A stretch of DNA of 64,000 bases, from positions 1 through 64,000 of the forward strand of contig CAWFKQ010000007.1 in the NCBI GenBank assembly GCA_963816395.1, read 5' to 3'. The notes below the pieces were generated by a model that worked only from the letters and a program-made list of their open reading frames with translations, did no database searches and was not told where the DNA came from. The position numbers and the translations under genes are program-made. The stretch comes from an uncultured delta proteobacterium (GTDB lineage Bacteria; Desulfobacterota; Desulfuromonadia; Desulfuromonadales; JACZKF01). Below are positions 30,027 to 38,921 of the stretch, piece after piece. The first letter of the stretch is position 1, and each line of letters starts with the position of its first letter.

Positions 30027-32328
30027 ATGGCCCAGAAGACGTTTCCGGAGAGGATGAAACCATTGCCTATTTCTCTCCTTTACATCCTGATCGGGGGGAT
30101 GTGGATATTTTCCACTATCTTCCTCTTCGCCGAATGGTTCCCCGAGCCCGAACTTTTCGGCCGCTGGGAATTGATCTTTTCCTTCTCCGGCCTGCTGCTG
30201 ACTGCCGGCTTCCTGTATTTCATGATCCGCCATACGGAAAATTCCCTGCAGATTTCCCTGCTGAACCTGCATCGGGTTAACCGCGCCCTGAAAGCCCGCA
30301 GCGAATGCAGTCAGGTCCTCATTCGCGCCACCGATGAGCGTGAACTGATGGGAGAAATCTGTCGCATCATCGTCGAGTCGGAGGGGTATAACCTGGCCTG
30401 GGTGGGCTTCGCCGAGCAGGATGCGGAGAAAACGGTGCGACCGGTGGCTCAATGGGGGTATGAGAACGGGTATCTCGATGCCATCAACGTGTCGTGGGAT
30501 GACAACGAGCACGGCCGGGGACCGACCGGGACCGCTATTCGAACCGGCCAGCCGAGCGTCGCCCAGCATATCCTCACCGATCCCCAGTGGGAACCGTGGC
30601 GGCAGAAGGCGCTCCGGTTCGGCTATGCGTCCTCGATTTCCCTCCCCCTCGCCGATGACAGCCGGGTGTTCGGCGCCCTGGTCATCTTCGCCGGCGAACC
30701 GGATGCCTTCGATCCCCAGGAAGTCAAGCTCCTGAGCGGCCTGGCCGAGGATCTTTCCTATGGCATCACCACCCTGCGCATGCGCCGGGAGCGGGAGCGG
30801 GGGCGACACGAACGCCGGCTTCTGGCCACCATCGTCGAGCAGGAAACGGACGGCGTCCTCACCTTCGACACCGACGGGCAGATCCAGTACGTCAATCCCG
30901 CCTTCGAGACGATCAGCGGCTATCTCCGCCAGGATATTGTCGGCCGGAACGTGCGGAACCTGGAGAAAAACGGGACGAACCAGAACTTCTTTCAGGTGAT
31001 GTCCGAGGCCCTGGAGAGCGGCCAGGCCCGTCTGGAGCGATTCATCAACAGGCGCCACGACGGCACCATCTACGATGTCGAGGCAAAGATTTCCCCGGTT
31101 TGCGGCGCGACGAAAATCTCCGCCTTTGCGGTGGTGATCCGCGACCTGACGCATGAAGTGCAGCTGGAGCGGCAACTCTGCCAGGCGCAGAAGATGGAGG
31201 CCATAGCCACCCTGGCCGGTGGGATTGCCCACGATTTCAACAATATTCTGGCCGCCATCATCACCAATACCGAAATGGCCCTCGATCTGGTGCCGGAAAA
31301 CGCCGAGCTGCGGGAGAATCTGGACATCATCCTGAAAGCGGGACTGCGGGCGAAGAACCTGGTCAAGCAGATCCTCACCCTGAGCTGCCAGAGCGAGAAG
31401 GAGCGGCAACCGGTGCAGCTCGAGCTGATCGCCAAGGAGTGTCTCAAGCTGCTGCGCGCCTCTCTGCCGACCACCATCGAAATTTCCTATCGGCGCACCG
31501 AAGGGTTGGGCCAGGTGCTGGCGGACCCGACCCAGATTCACCAGGTCATCATGAACCTGTGCACCAACGCGGCCGACGCCATGCGGGAGAAAGGAGGGCT
31601 GCTGGAAATCCTCCTGGCGAATTGCGACCTGGCGCCCAACGATCCCGGCGGCGATCCGCACCTGGCAGCCGGGCGCTACCTGCGGCTGACGGTGAGCGAT
31701 ACCGGCCAGGGCATGGACCGCAAGACCATGGCTCGCATCTTCGATCCCTTCTTCACCACCAAGGAACCCGGGCGGGGTACGGGCCTGGGGCTGTCGGTGG
31801 TGCACGGCATCGTCAAGAACCACGGCGGCGGCATCAATTTCACCAGCGACCTGGGCCGGGGAACGACCTTCCAGGTATTATCTGCCGCGCATCGACCAGG
31901 TCGAGGCCTCGCCGTTGTCGCCCGGCGTCGAGGTCGCCGTCAGCGGCAAGGGGCGCATTCTCTTCCTCGACGATGAGGAGGACCTGGTGCTTACCTATCA
32001 GAAAATGCTGGGGAAACTCGGCTATGACGTCGTGGCGGGAACCGACAGCCTGGAGGCGTTGGAAGTCTTCAAAATGCAGCCGGAGCGTTTCGACCTGGTC
32101 ATCACCGACCAGACCATGCCGCACATGACGGGGGAAAGACTCGCCCGGGAGATTTTACGCCTGCGACCCGACATTCCCATCATCCTCTGCACCGGCCTCG
32201 GCGCCACCGCCGGCGGCGCGGTCACCGATCAGGCGGCCCGCGCCATCGGCATCCGCGAAGTCGTACGCAAGCCGGTGGAGAGAAGCGAACTGGCCGGAAT
32301 CATCCGGCGGCTGCTGGAAAAAAATTGA
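30027..32328 (+). CDS. Hybrid sensor histidine kinase TM-GAF-PAS-HisKA-HATPase-REC (frameshift near 31879)
   Basis: [11 protein letters not shown]-box, [18 protein letters not shown] (DQTMP) in the next frame; removing one T gives FQVYLPRID. Confidence 0.92.
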
Positions 32329-33759
32329 TGGCCGAAGAAAGACCGATGGCAAGCATTCTCATCATCGATGACGACGAGATGATGGTCTCTTCCCTGGCGC
32401 TGATGCTGCGCCGTCTGGGGCACGGGGCCGCCAGCGCCGCCACGCTGCGCGAAGGGATGAAAATGGCCGCCTGCCCGGGATTTCGACGTGGTTTTTCTCG
32501 ACGTCCGGATGCCCGACGGCAACGGCCTGGAGGCTCTGCCGAAGATCGCCGAAACGCCGGCGGCGCCGGAAGTGATCATCATCACCGGTTTCGGCGATCC
32601 GGACGGAGCCGAACTGGCGATGAAATGCGGCGCCTGGGATTACATCGAAAAAGGCGCCTCGGTCAAGGACATGTCCTTATCCCTGGAGCGCGCGCTGCAG
32701 TACCGCCGCGAGAAGACGGACAACCGCAAACCGAACGTCATCGCCCTGAAGCGGGAGGACATTTACGGCAACAGCCCGAAACTGCGGGCCTGCCTGAACC
32801 TGGTAGCCCAGGCGGCGGGGAGTGAGGCCAATATCCTCATTACCGGTGAAACCGGGACCGGCAAGGAGTTGTTCGCCCAGGCGATTCACCGCAACAGTCC
32901 GCGGGCGGCGAAAAACTTCGTCGTCGTCGACTGCGCCGCCCTCCCGGAAACATTGGCCGAAAGCCTGCTCTTCGGTCATGAGAAAGGTACCTTCACCGGC
33001 GCCGAGAAACCGCAGGAGGGACTGGTCCGGCAGGCGCACGGGGGGACTCTCTTCCTCGACGAGGTGGGGGAATTGCCTCTGGCGCTGCAGAAGACCTTTC
33101 TGCGGGTTCTGCAGGAGCGCCGTTTCCGCCCCCTCGGCAGCACCCGGGAAGTCGAAAGCGATTTTCGCCTGGTCGCGGCCACTAACCGGGACCTGGAAGG
33201 GATGGTGGCGCGGAACCAGTTCCGCAGCGATCTGCTGTTCCGCCTGCGCGCCTTCACCATCGAACTGCCGCCCCTGCGTGAGCGCGCCGAAGACATCAAG
33301 GAGCTGGTCAGAAGCCAACTCGACCACCTGTGCGAGTGCTACGGCATGGCGTCCAAAGGGTTCTCGCCCGAGTTCCTCAAGGCCCTTCTGGCCCACCACT
33401 GGCCCGGGAACGTGCGCGAACTCGCCAACACCCTGATTCGGGCCTTCTCCGCGGCACGCTTCGAACCCACCCTCTATCCGAAGCATCTCCCCCCGGAGAT
33501 GCGCGCCCAGGTCATGCGCAACGCGGTGCAGCCGGCCGCTGTCGCCGCCGGCAACGGCGGCCAGCCCGGCCCGGCCCGCCACCTGCCCAAGTTTCAGGAT
33601 TACCGGGAAACCGCCTATGCCGAGGCCGAGAAGCATTACCTGCAGGATCTGATGTCGATGGCCGAGGACAACATTCCGGAAGCCTGCCGCCTCTCGGGTC
33701 TCTCGCAGTCCCGTCTTTACGCCCTGCTCAAAAAGCACCGCATCGGCCGACACGGGTAA
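32328..33759 (+). CDS. sigma54-dependent response regulator, BccR-like (frameshift near 32478)
   Basis: ILIIDDD and FLDVRMPDG in two frames; GETGTGKE; FGHEKGTFTGA; sits upstream of the cbcBA-like operon. Confidence 0.9.
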
Positions 33760-33764
33760 AGGGA

Positions 33765-33799
33765 AGGTTCGAGGTTCGAGGTTCGAGGTTCGAGGTTCG
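33765..33799. repeat. Heptamer tandem repeat (AGGTTCG)x5
   Basis: Perfect repeat a few bases after the stop codon. Confidence 0.92.
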
Positions 33800-33843
33800 A
33801 GTAAAGCCACACCTGCAATTCCCATAAACCACGCTATTCCCAT

Positions 33844-33899
33844 TTCCCGCCGCACAGGGAAATTCCTGCCGGGCAGGAATCTTTCCCGCCGGGCAGGAA
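33844..33899. promoter_or_regulatory. Candidate enhancer (UAS): three TTCCyGCCGGGCAGGAA-like palindromes
   Basis: Copies start at 33844 (degenerate), 33863 and 33883, about 80-130 nt upstream of a sigma54 site. Confidence 0.62.
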
Positions 33900-33975
33900 A
33901 ATCCATCCTTCCTTCACCCCCTCAAAATACATCCCAAGTTATCGAAATGTTGATTTCCATCTTTTCCTTTCCACC

Positions 33976-33991
33976 TGGTATGCCGGTTGCT
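33976..33991 (+). promoter_or_regulatory. sigma54 promoter of the cbcBA-like operon
   Basis: TGGTATGCCGGTTGCT (GG-N10-GC). Confidence 0.8.
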
Positions 33992-34040
33992 CTTAGAGAG
34001 GGCGTAGGCCAAACGGCAAAGCAACGGAAAGGAGAAGGCT

Positions 34041-34289
34041 ATGAAAACGAAAATCGCCAATTCCCTGATCGTCGGCCTGGTTGTGGTCGGGACGCTTTTC
34101 CTCGGCAACCTGGTGGAGGTAGGCCAAGGCAGTGCGGTGATGCCGACCCTCTTCCTCTGCTTCTTCGCCCTGATTATCGCCCTGCAGGTGGTCCCCGCCA
34201 TGCTGCTCCTCCGACTCCTTTTCAAGGAGATCTTCCGCCGCACTTCCAAACCGAAAGAAGCGGCCAAAGGCAGCGGCAATGGCAGCTGA
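34041..34289 (+). CDS. Small membrane protein (FxGxxALxxxxQxxP family)
   Basis: FLCFFALIIALQVVP; RBS AAAGGAG. Confidence 0.8.
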   Translation: MKTKIANSLIVGLVVVGTLFLGNLVEVGQGSAVMPTLFLCFFALIIALQVVPAMLLLRLLFKEIFRRTSKPKEAAKGSGNGS

Positions 34290-34316
34290 CAGGTTCTCAA
34301 AGGAAACGAGGCGGTC

Positions 34317-34718
34317 ATGAAAAAGCCGGGAATTCTCATAGCGGACAAAGATTCGGAAACCCGCAGGTTGCTGGCGGACATTCTGCTCAAGGCTGGCTAT
34401 CGGGTAAAGATGACCGATTCGGCCGCCGACGTGCTGAGCGAAATCCTGCGGAAGAATGCGCACGTCATCCTGGTCGGCAGCGACTTCGATGAAAACGTAG
34501 CGGCGGAGGATCTGATCCCCTTGATTAAAAAATGCGACCGGAACCTGACCATCATCCTCGTCTCGGACGAGAAATCTCTCCCGATCGTTCGCCGGATCCG
34601 TCAGGAAGGGATCTTTTTCCACGCTTTAAAGCCGGTCACCGCCGGCGACCGGGATGAAATCCGCCAGGCAGTGGAATGTGCCTTCAAGAACGTGCTCAAT
34701 GTCCTGAGCATCCATTAG
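34317..34718 (+). CDS. Stand-alone atypical receiver-domain protein
   Basis: ILIADKD...GIFFHALKP; Gly at the expected phospho-Asp position. Confidence 0.82.
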   Translation: MKKPGILIADKDSETRRLLADILLKAGYRVKMTDSAADVLSEILRKNAHVILVGSDFDENVAAEDLIPLIKKCDRNLTIILVSDEKSLPIVRRIRQEGIFFHALKPVTAGDRDEIRQAVECAFKNVLNVLSIH

Positions 34719-34744
34719 GAAACTTCGGAAAAAGGAGTGGAGCC

Positions 34745-35014
34745 ATGCAAGGAAAAGTAATCGCAACAACCATCGCCGGAGTCATGGGGAGCGTTGCCGA
34801 GGCCGGCGCCGCTACCGCCCGGGAAGACAACAGTTCACTGATCGTGTGGATATTCCTCGGTTTCTGCGCCCTGATCGTCATGGCCCAGCTGCTGCCGGTC
34901 CTCCGTACCCTGTTGCAGGCGGCCCGGACGCAGCGGGAACGGCAGGCGGGCGAGATCATGCCTGGTTCACGTCTGGTCGAAGCACCGGTCGCCAGCAAGG
35001 AGGAAAAATCATGA
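34745..35014 (+). CDS. Small membrane protein (FxGxxALxxxxQxxP family)
   Basis: FLGFCALIVMAQLLP; RBS before ATG 34745. Confidence 0.8.
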   Translation: MQGKVIATTIAGVMGSVAEAGAATAREDNSSLIVWIFLGFCALIVMAQLLPVLRTLLQAARTQRERQAGEIMPGSRLVEAPVASKEEKS

Positions 35015-35262
35015 AAGTCATCAGAAACCAGCTCTTCTGGATCGGGTCCATCGGGCTGCTGTGGATGGGCATCACCTTCGTTCCGCCACTCTTCGGGCTG
35101 CCGCTCGGCAATGGTTTCAGCGGCCTGGTGATCTATTTCTTCCTCGGCTACTGCGCCATTATCCTGGTGGCCCAGTTATTTTCGGCGCTGAAGGCCGTAC
35201 GCTCCATCGTGGAAAACTGGACCGAGCGGAAGAAAAAATCCCGCCGAGTGGCGCTGCGCTAA
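35011..35262 (+). CDS. Small two-TM protein (same family)
   Basis: FLGYCAIILVAQLF; RBS AGGAGG; ATGA overlap. Confidence 0.78.
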   Translation: MKVIRNQLFWIGSIGLLWMGITFVPPLFGLPLGNGFSGLVIYFFLGYCAIILVAQLFSALKAVRSIVENWTERKKKSRRVALR

Positions 35263-35287
35263 CCCATCAACAATGCGGAGGAGGAAA

Positions 35288-36343
35288 ATGGGACGGAAAA
35301 TTCCAACTTCAATTCTGGTCATCCTGATCCTGGCGGCCTTCGCGACCGGCTCTCCCTGCCGGGCGGCGGACAGCGAAACCTGTCTCGGCTGCCATGGCGA
35401 CGCCGCGGCCGTCGGCAAAGATCTGGTGGTCGACCCGCTGCGCTTCGACCATACGGCGCACCATGAACTCGGCTGTCCCGCCTGCCACCAGTCGGTGACG
35501 GCGACCCATCCGGATGACGGCATTCCACCCTCCAAGGCCGATTGCCGGGACTGCCATCAGGAAGTCGGCGACGAATACGCCCGCACGGAGCATGCGGCGA
35601 ATGCCGCCTGCGGCGATTGCCACAATCCGCACACGGCGCATTCCTCCCGCGAAGTTTCCGGGCTCGACATGAACCGCCAGTGCGGCAAATGCCATGCTGC
35701 CGCCGAGATGACGGCGGCCCACGGGGTCTGGCTGCCGCAGGCCGACCTGCACCTGGAAATGCTCCCCTGCGTCTCCTGTCACACCGGCTCGAAGAATTAC
35801 GTCATTAACCTTTTCCTGAGCAAACGCCGGGTCGATCCGCAATCGGGGATTCCCTCCCGGGGGGAGGCTTTCGAACTGGCCAGCTACCAAGAGCTGAAAA
35901 CCCTGGCAGGCGATAAGGACATCGCCTCCCTGATCGACACCGACGGCGACGGCTTTATCGCCCTGAGCGAACTAAGGCGGTTCAACGGCAGCAGCGACTC
36001 TTCCGACCTGCGCTTGAAGGGGATGCTGACCCCGGAGGTGGTCACCCATAACCTGCAGATCCTGAACAACCGCTGGGACTGCACCTTCTGCCACGCTTCC
36101 GGCCCGCAGACCATGCAGACCAGCTATCTCGCCCTGCCCGAAGCGGACGGCTCCTATCGGCGGCTGCCGGTGGAAAAGGGCGCCATTCTGGACGTTCTCA
36201 ACGGCACTCCCGACTTCTACATGATGGGCGCGACGCGCAACGCCTCGATGAACCTCATCGGGCTGATCATCCTCGCCGGTGGGCTGGTGATGCCGGTGGG
36301 GCACGGAATGCTGCGTTTTCTGACCCGGAAGAACCGGCCTTGA
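35288..36343 (+). CDS. cbcA: Heptaheme cytochrome c with C-terminal membrane anchor, CbcA-like
   Basis: Seven CxxCH motifs, EF-hand-like DTDGDGFIALSE, C-terminal TM with HG; followed by a cytochrome b gene. Confidence 0.85.
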   Translation: MGRKIPTSILVILILAAFATGSPCRAADSETCLGCHGDAAAVGKDLVVDPLRFDHTAHHELGCPACHQSVTATHPDDGIPPSKADCRDCHQEVGDEYARTEHAANAACGDCHNPHTAHSSREVSGLDMNRQCGKCHAAAEMTAAHGVWLPQADLHLEMLPCVSCHTGSKNYVINLFLSKRRVDPQSGIPSRGEAFELASYQELKTLAGDKDIASLIDTDGDGFIALSELRRFNGSSDSSDLRLKGMLTPEVVTHNLQILNNRWDCTFCHASGPQTMQTSYLALPEADGSYRRLPVEKGAILDVLNGTPDFYMMGATRNASMNLIGLIILAGGLVMPVGHGMLRFLTRKNRP

Positions 36344-36356
36344 AAGGAGCCGAGCC

Positions 36357-37034
36357 ATGACCGAACATACTCATCAGGAGAACCAGAGGATTTACCTGCA
36401 ACCGACGCCGGTTCGCATCTGGCACTGGCTCAATGCCCTCGGCATCATCACCCTCGGCATCTCCGGCGCCCAGATCCGCTTCCCGGAATACCTGAGCCTC
36501 TTCGGCAGCTACAAGGCGGCCATCGAGTTGCACAATGCCGCCGGCATCCTGGTGGCGGTTTCCTTCTCCTTCTGGTTTTTTTACTATACCTGCATCGCCC
36601 GCAAGATGACCCACCTCTACGTTCCGAATCGGGAAGATCTGCAGCACGGGTTGCTGCGCCAGGCGATCTTTTATTTCTTCAATTACTTTCGCGGCAAACC
36701 CAACCCGCACCACGCGACGCCGGAGAACAAGTTCAATCCGCTGCAGAAATCGGCCTACCTGGCGATCATGTTTGTGCTGGTGCCACTGGTGAGCCTGACC
36801 GGCATCCTGCTGATGAATGTCGCCCCGCTGCGGGAACTGGTGCTCCTGGCGGGCGGCCTGAAGATCCTCGTCGGCCTGCATTTTCTGCTCGCCTGCTGCC
36901 TCTTTGCTTTCCTCTTCACCCATGTCTATCTGGCGACCCTGGGCAAGACGCCCCTGGCCTACGTCAAGCCGATGTGGACCGGTTGGGAGGAAATCGAAGA
37001 TCTGCATGGTGAGGAAGAGTCCACTCAGCAGTGA
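36357..37034 (+). CDS. cbcB: Di-heme cytochrome b, CbcB-like
   Basis: RIWHW.NA, LHN..G, KFNPLQK.AY, LHF......HVY, M.TG. Confidence 0.88.
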   Translation: MTEHTHQENQRIYLQPTPVRIWHWLNALGIITLGISGAQIRFPEYLSLFGSYKAAIELHNAAGILVAVSFSFWFFYYTCIARKMTHLYVPNREDLQHGLLRQAIFYFFNYFRGKPNPHHATPENKFNPLQKSAYLAIMFVLVPLVSLTGILLMNVAPLRELVLLAGGLKILVGLHFLLACCLFAFLFTHVYLATLGKTPLAYVKPMWTGWEEIEDLHGEEESTQQ

Positions 37035-37057
37035 ACATTAAGCAGAAGGAGGCGGTC

Positions 37058-37561
37058 ATGAAAGGGCCTGAAACGACATCTTCCGGAAATCCCGGCGGCG
37101 CCTCATCCCTCACGGAAAAGATCGAGGCCCGCATCGGCGACCTGCAGTCCCTGACCCGCCGGGGGTGGCAGGAACTGATCCTCTTTCTGCTGGCCAGCAC
37201 GGCTTTCTTCTGCATCCGCCAGGCCGATCTGCTCGCTCCGCTTACCGAAAGCGCCCGCTTGCTCATCGGCTGCCCGCCGCCTCCGCAGCTGACCACCCTC
37301 GCCCTTGCCGGCTATACCCTTTCAGCAGCAGTCCTCATCCTGGGTCGGGCGGCAAGCGGCGGCAGGCCGGTCCTGAAATGGCCGCATTGCGGCTTGCGGA
37401 TCAGCTTCTATCTCTTTTACGGCACTTCCGGTGCCCTGGAGGATAATTTCATGACCGTTTTCGTCGCCGGGCTGGCCCTGATTGTCCTCGAGCAGTTGAA
37501 TATCTGGACCTTTTCCCTCAAAACCCTGCCCCCGGGACGTGAACTGCAAGGCAAATTGTGA
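37058..37561 (+). CDS. Membrane protein (paralog of 22444-22962)
   Basis: GALEDNF motif; about 4 TM segments; RBS AGGAGG. Confidence 0.75.
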   Translation: MKGPETTSSGNPGGASSLTEKIEARIGDLQSLTRRGWQELILFLLASTAFFCIRQADLLAPLTESARLLIGCPPPPQLTTLALAGYTLSAAVLILGRAASGGRPVLKWPHCGLRISFYLFYGTSGALEDNFMTVFVAGLALIVLEQLNIWTFSLKTLPPGRELQGKL

Positions 37562-37820
37562 CTGTGCCGGCCGCAGGAATCTGCCAATCCAAACGCCGCG
37601 ACCATCTCGTCGCGGCTTTTCTTTCTGTAAATCGAGAATCTTTTCTCACGCGACGCCGTGAAAAAAAATATTAAGTGGTGGCTCTTCACTTCCGCAAGGT
37701 GGTTTCTCTGGAAAGCGGCTACGGCTCTGCTAAATGTTAAGTAGTGTCCGTCCGCAAACTCCAGATGGACACAGGGCAGTTTCCGGATGGAAACAAAGTA
37801 ATGACGCGGATAAAAGTGCC

Positions 37821-38921
37821 ATGCGCCGATTTCGCCGAAGTTGGCTGCTGAACACCGTCATTTTACCCCTGGTGATCCTCCTGGTCGCCGCCTGTACGGC
37901 CGAAAAGCCTGGGGGCGGCGGGCAGGAAAAACCCGTAGCGGTGGAGGTCGCCCCGGTGCAGGTCGATACGCTGGAGCAGACCCTGGCCGCCGTCGGCACC
38001 CTCTCCAGCCCGCAATCCACCGTGGTCACTTCCCAGGTGGATGGCAAGGTGGCGAAGCTGAATATCCAGCAGGGGGGAACGGTCGAAGCGGGGGCTCTGC
38101 TCGCTACCCTGGACGATTCGGTGCAGCAGGCTGAGGTTGCGGCCGCCGAAGCAGCGGTCTACAGCGCCCGCCAGGTTTACGAGCGGGACCGCAGAATCAA
38201 GGGGACGGGGGGCATTTCCGAGCTCCAGCTGCAGACGGAAAAGGCAGACCTGCGGCAAGCCGAAGCGCGGCTGGCGCAGGCCCGGGCCAGCCTGGACCAT
38301 ACCAATATCCGCGCGCCCTACGCCGGCGTCCTCGGCCTGCGCAAGGTCAGCCTCGGCTCATATATCAAGGCCGGCGATGCGGTGGTCGACCTTCGCCAGA
38401 TCGATCCGCTCGACCTGGATTTTTCCATCCCCCAGCAGGAGATCGCCCGTCTGCAGGTGGGGCAGGAGGTACATTTCACCGTATCGGGGCTGGAGGGGAA
38501 TTTCCAGGGGCAGGTCACCACGGTCGTCCCGGCCCTCGCCGCCGGCAGCCGGGCGGTTCCCCTGCAGGCGACCGTTGCCAATCCCGAGCGCAAACTGAAG
38601 CCGGGGATGTTCGCCCAGATACGGCTGGTGGTGGGGAAGACCCCGAACGCCCTGTTCGTGCCGATGCAGGCCCTGGTTCCCGAGGGGCAGGTAAATCACA
38701 TCTGGGTGGTCGGACCGGAAGAGCACGCCGAACAGCGCACCGTCACCGTGGGAGAATACCGGGAAAACACGGTGCAGATCCTCTCCGGGCTGCAGCCCGA
38801 TGACCGGGTCATTGTCGCCGGCACCCAGAAGCTGCGGCCGAAAGCCAAGCTGAAGATCGCCCCCTACCAGCGGGTGCAGAACCCGCGCCTGGGTCTCACG
38901 CGGGAGCACCAGCAGCCATGA
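37821..38921 (+). CDS. RND efflux periplasmic adaptor (membrane fusion protein)
   Basis: Lipobox-like LVAAC, IRAPYAG, LKPGMF, ILSGL.PDDRVIVAG. Confidence 0.92.
   Translation: MRRFRRSWLLNTVILPLVILLVAACTAEKPGGGGQEKPVAVEVAPVQVDTLEQTLAAVGTLSSPQSTVVTSQVDGKVAKLNIQQGGTVEAGALLATLDDSVQQAEVAAAEAAVYSARQVYERDRRIKGTGGISELQLQTEKADLRQAEARLAQARASLDHTNIRAPYAGVLGLRKVSLGSYIKAGDAVVDLRQIDPLDLDFSIPQQEIARLQVGQEVHFTVSGLEGNFQGQVTTVVPALAAGSRAVPLQATVANPERKLKPGMFAQIRLVVGKTPNALFVPMQALVPEGQVNHIWVVGPEEHAEQRTVTVGEYRENTVQILSGLQPDDRVIVAGTQKLRPKAKLKIAPYQRVQNPRLGLTREHQQP

Noticed and set aside
29913..31823. 636-aa minus-strand ORF with kinase-like wording
   Set aside because: Typical antisense frame of a histidine kinase gene.
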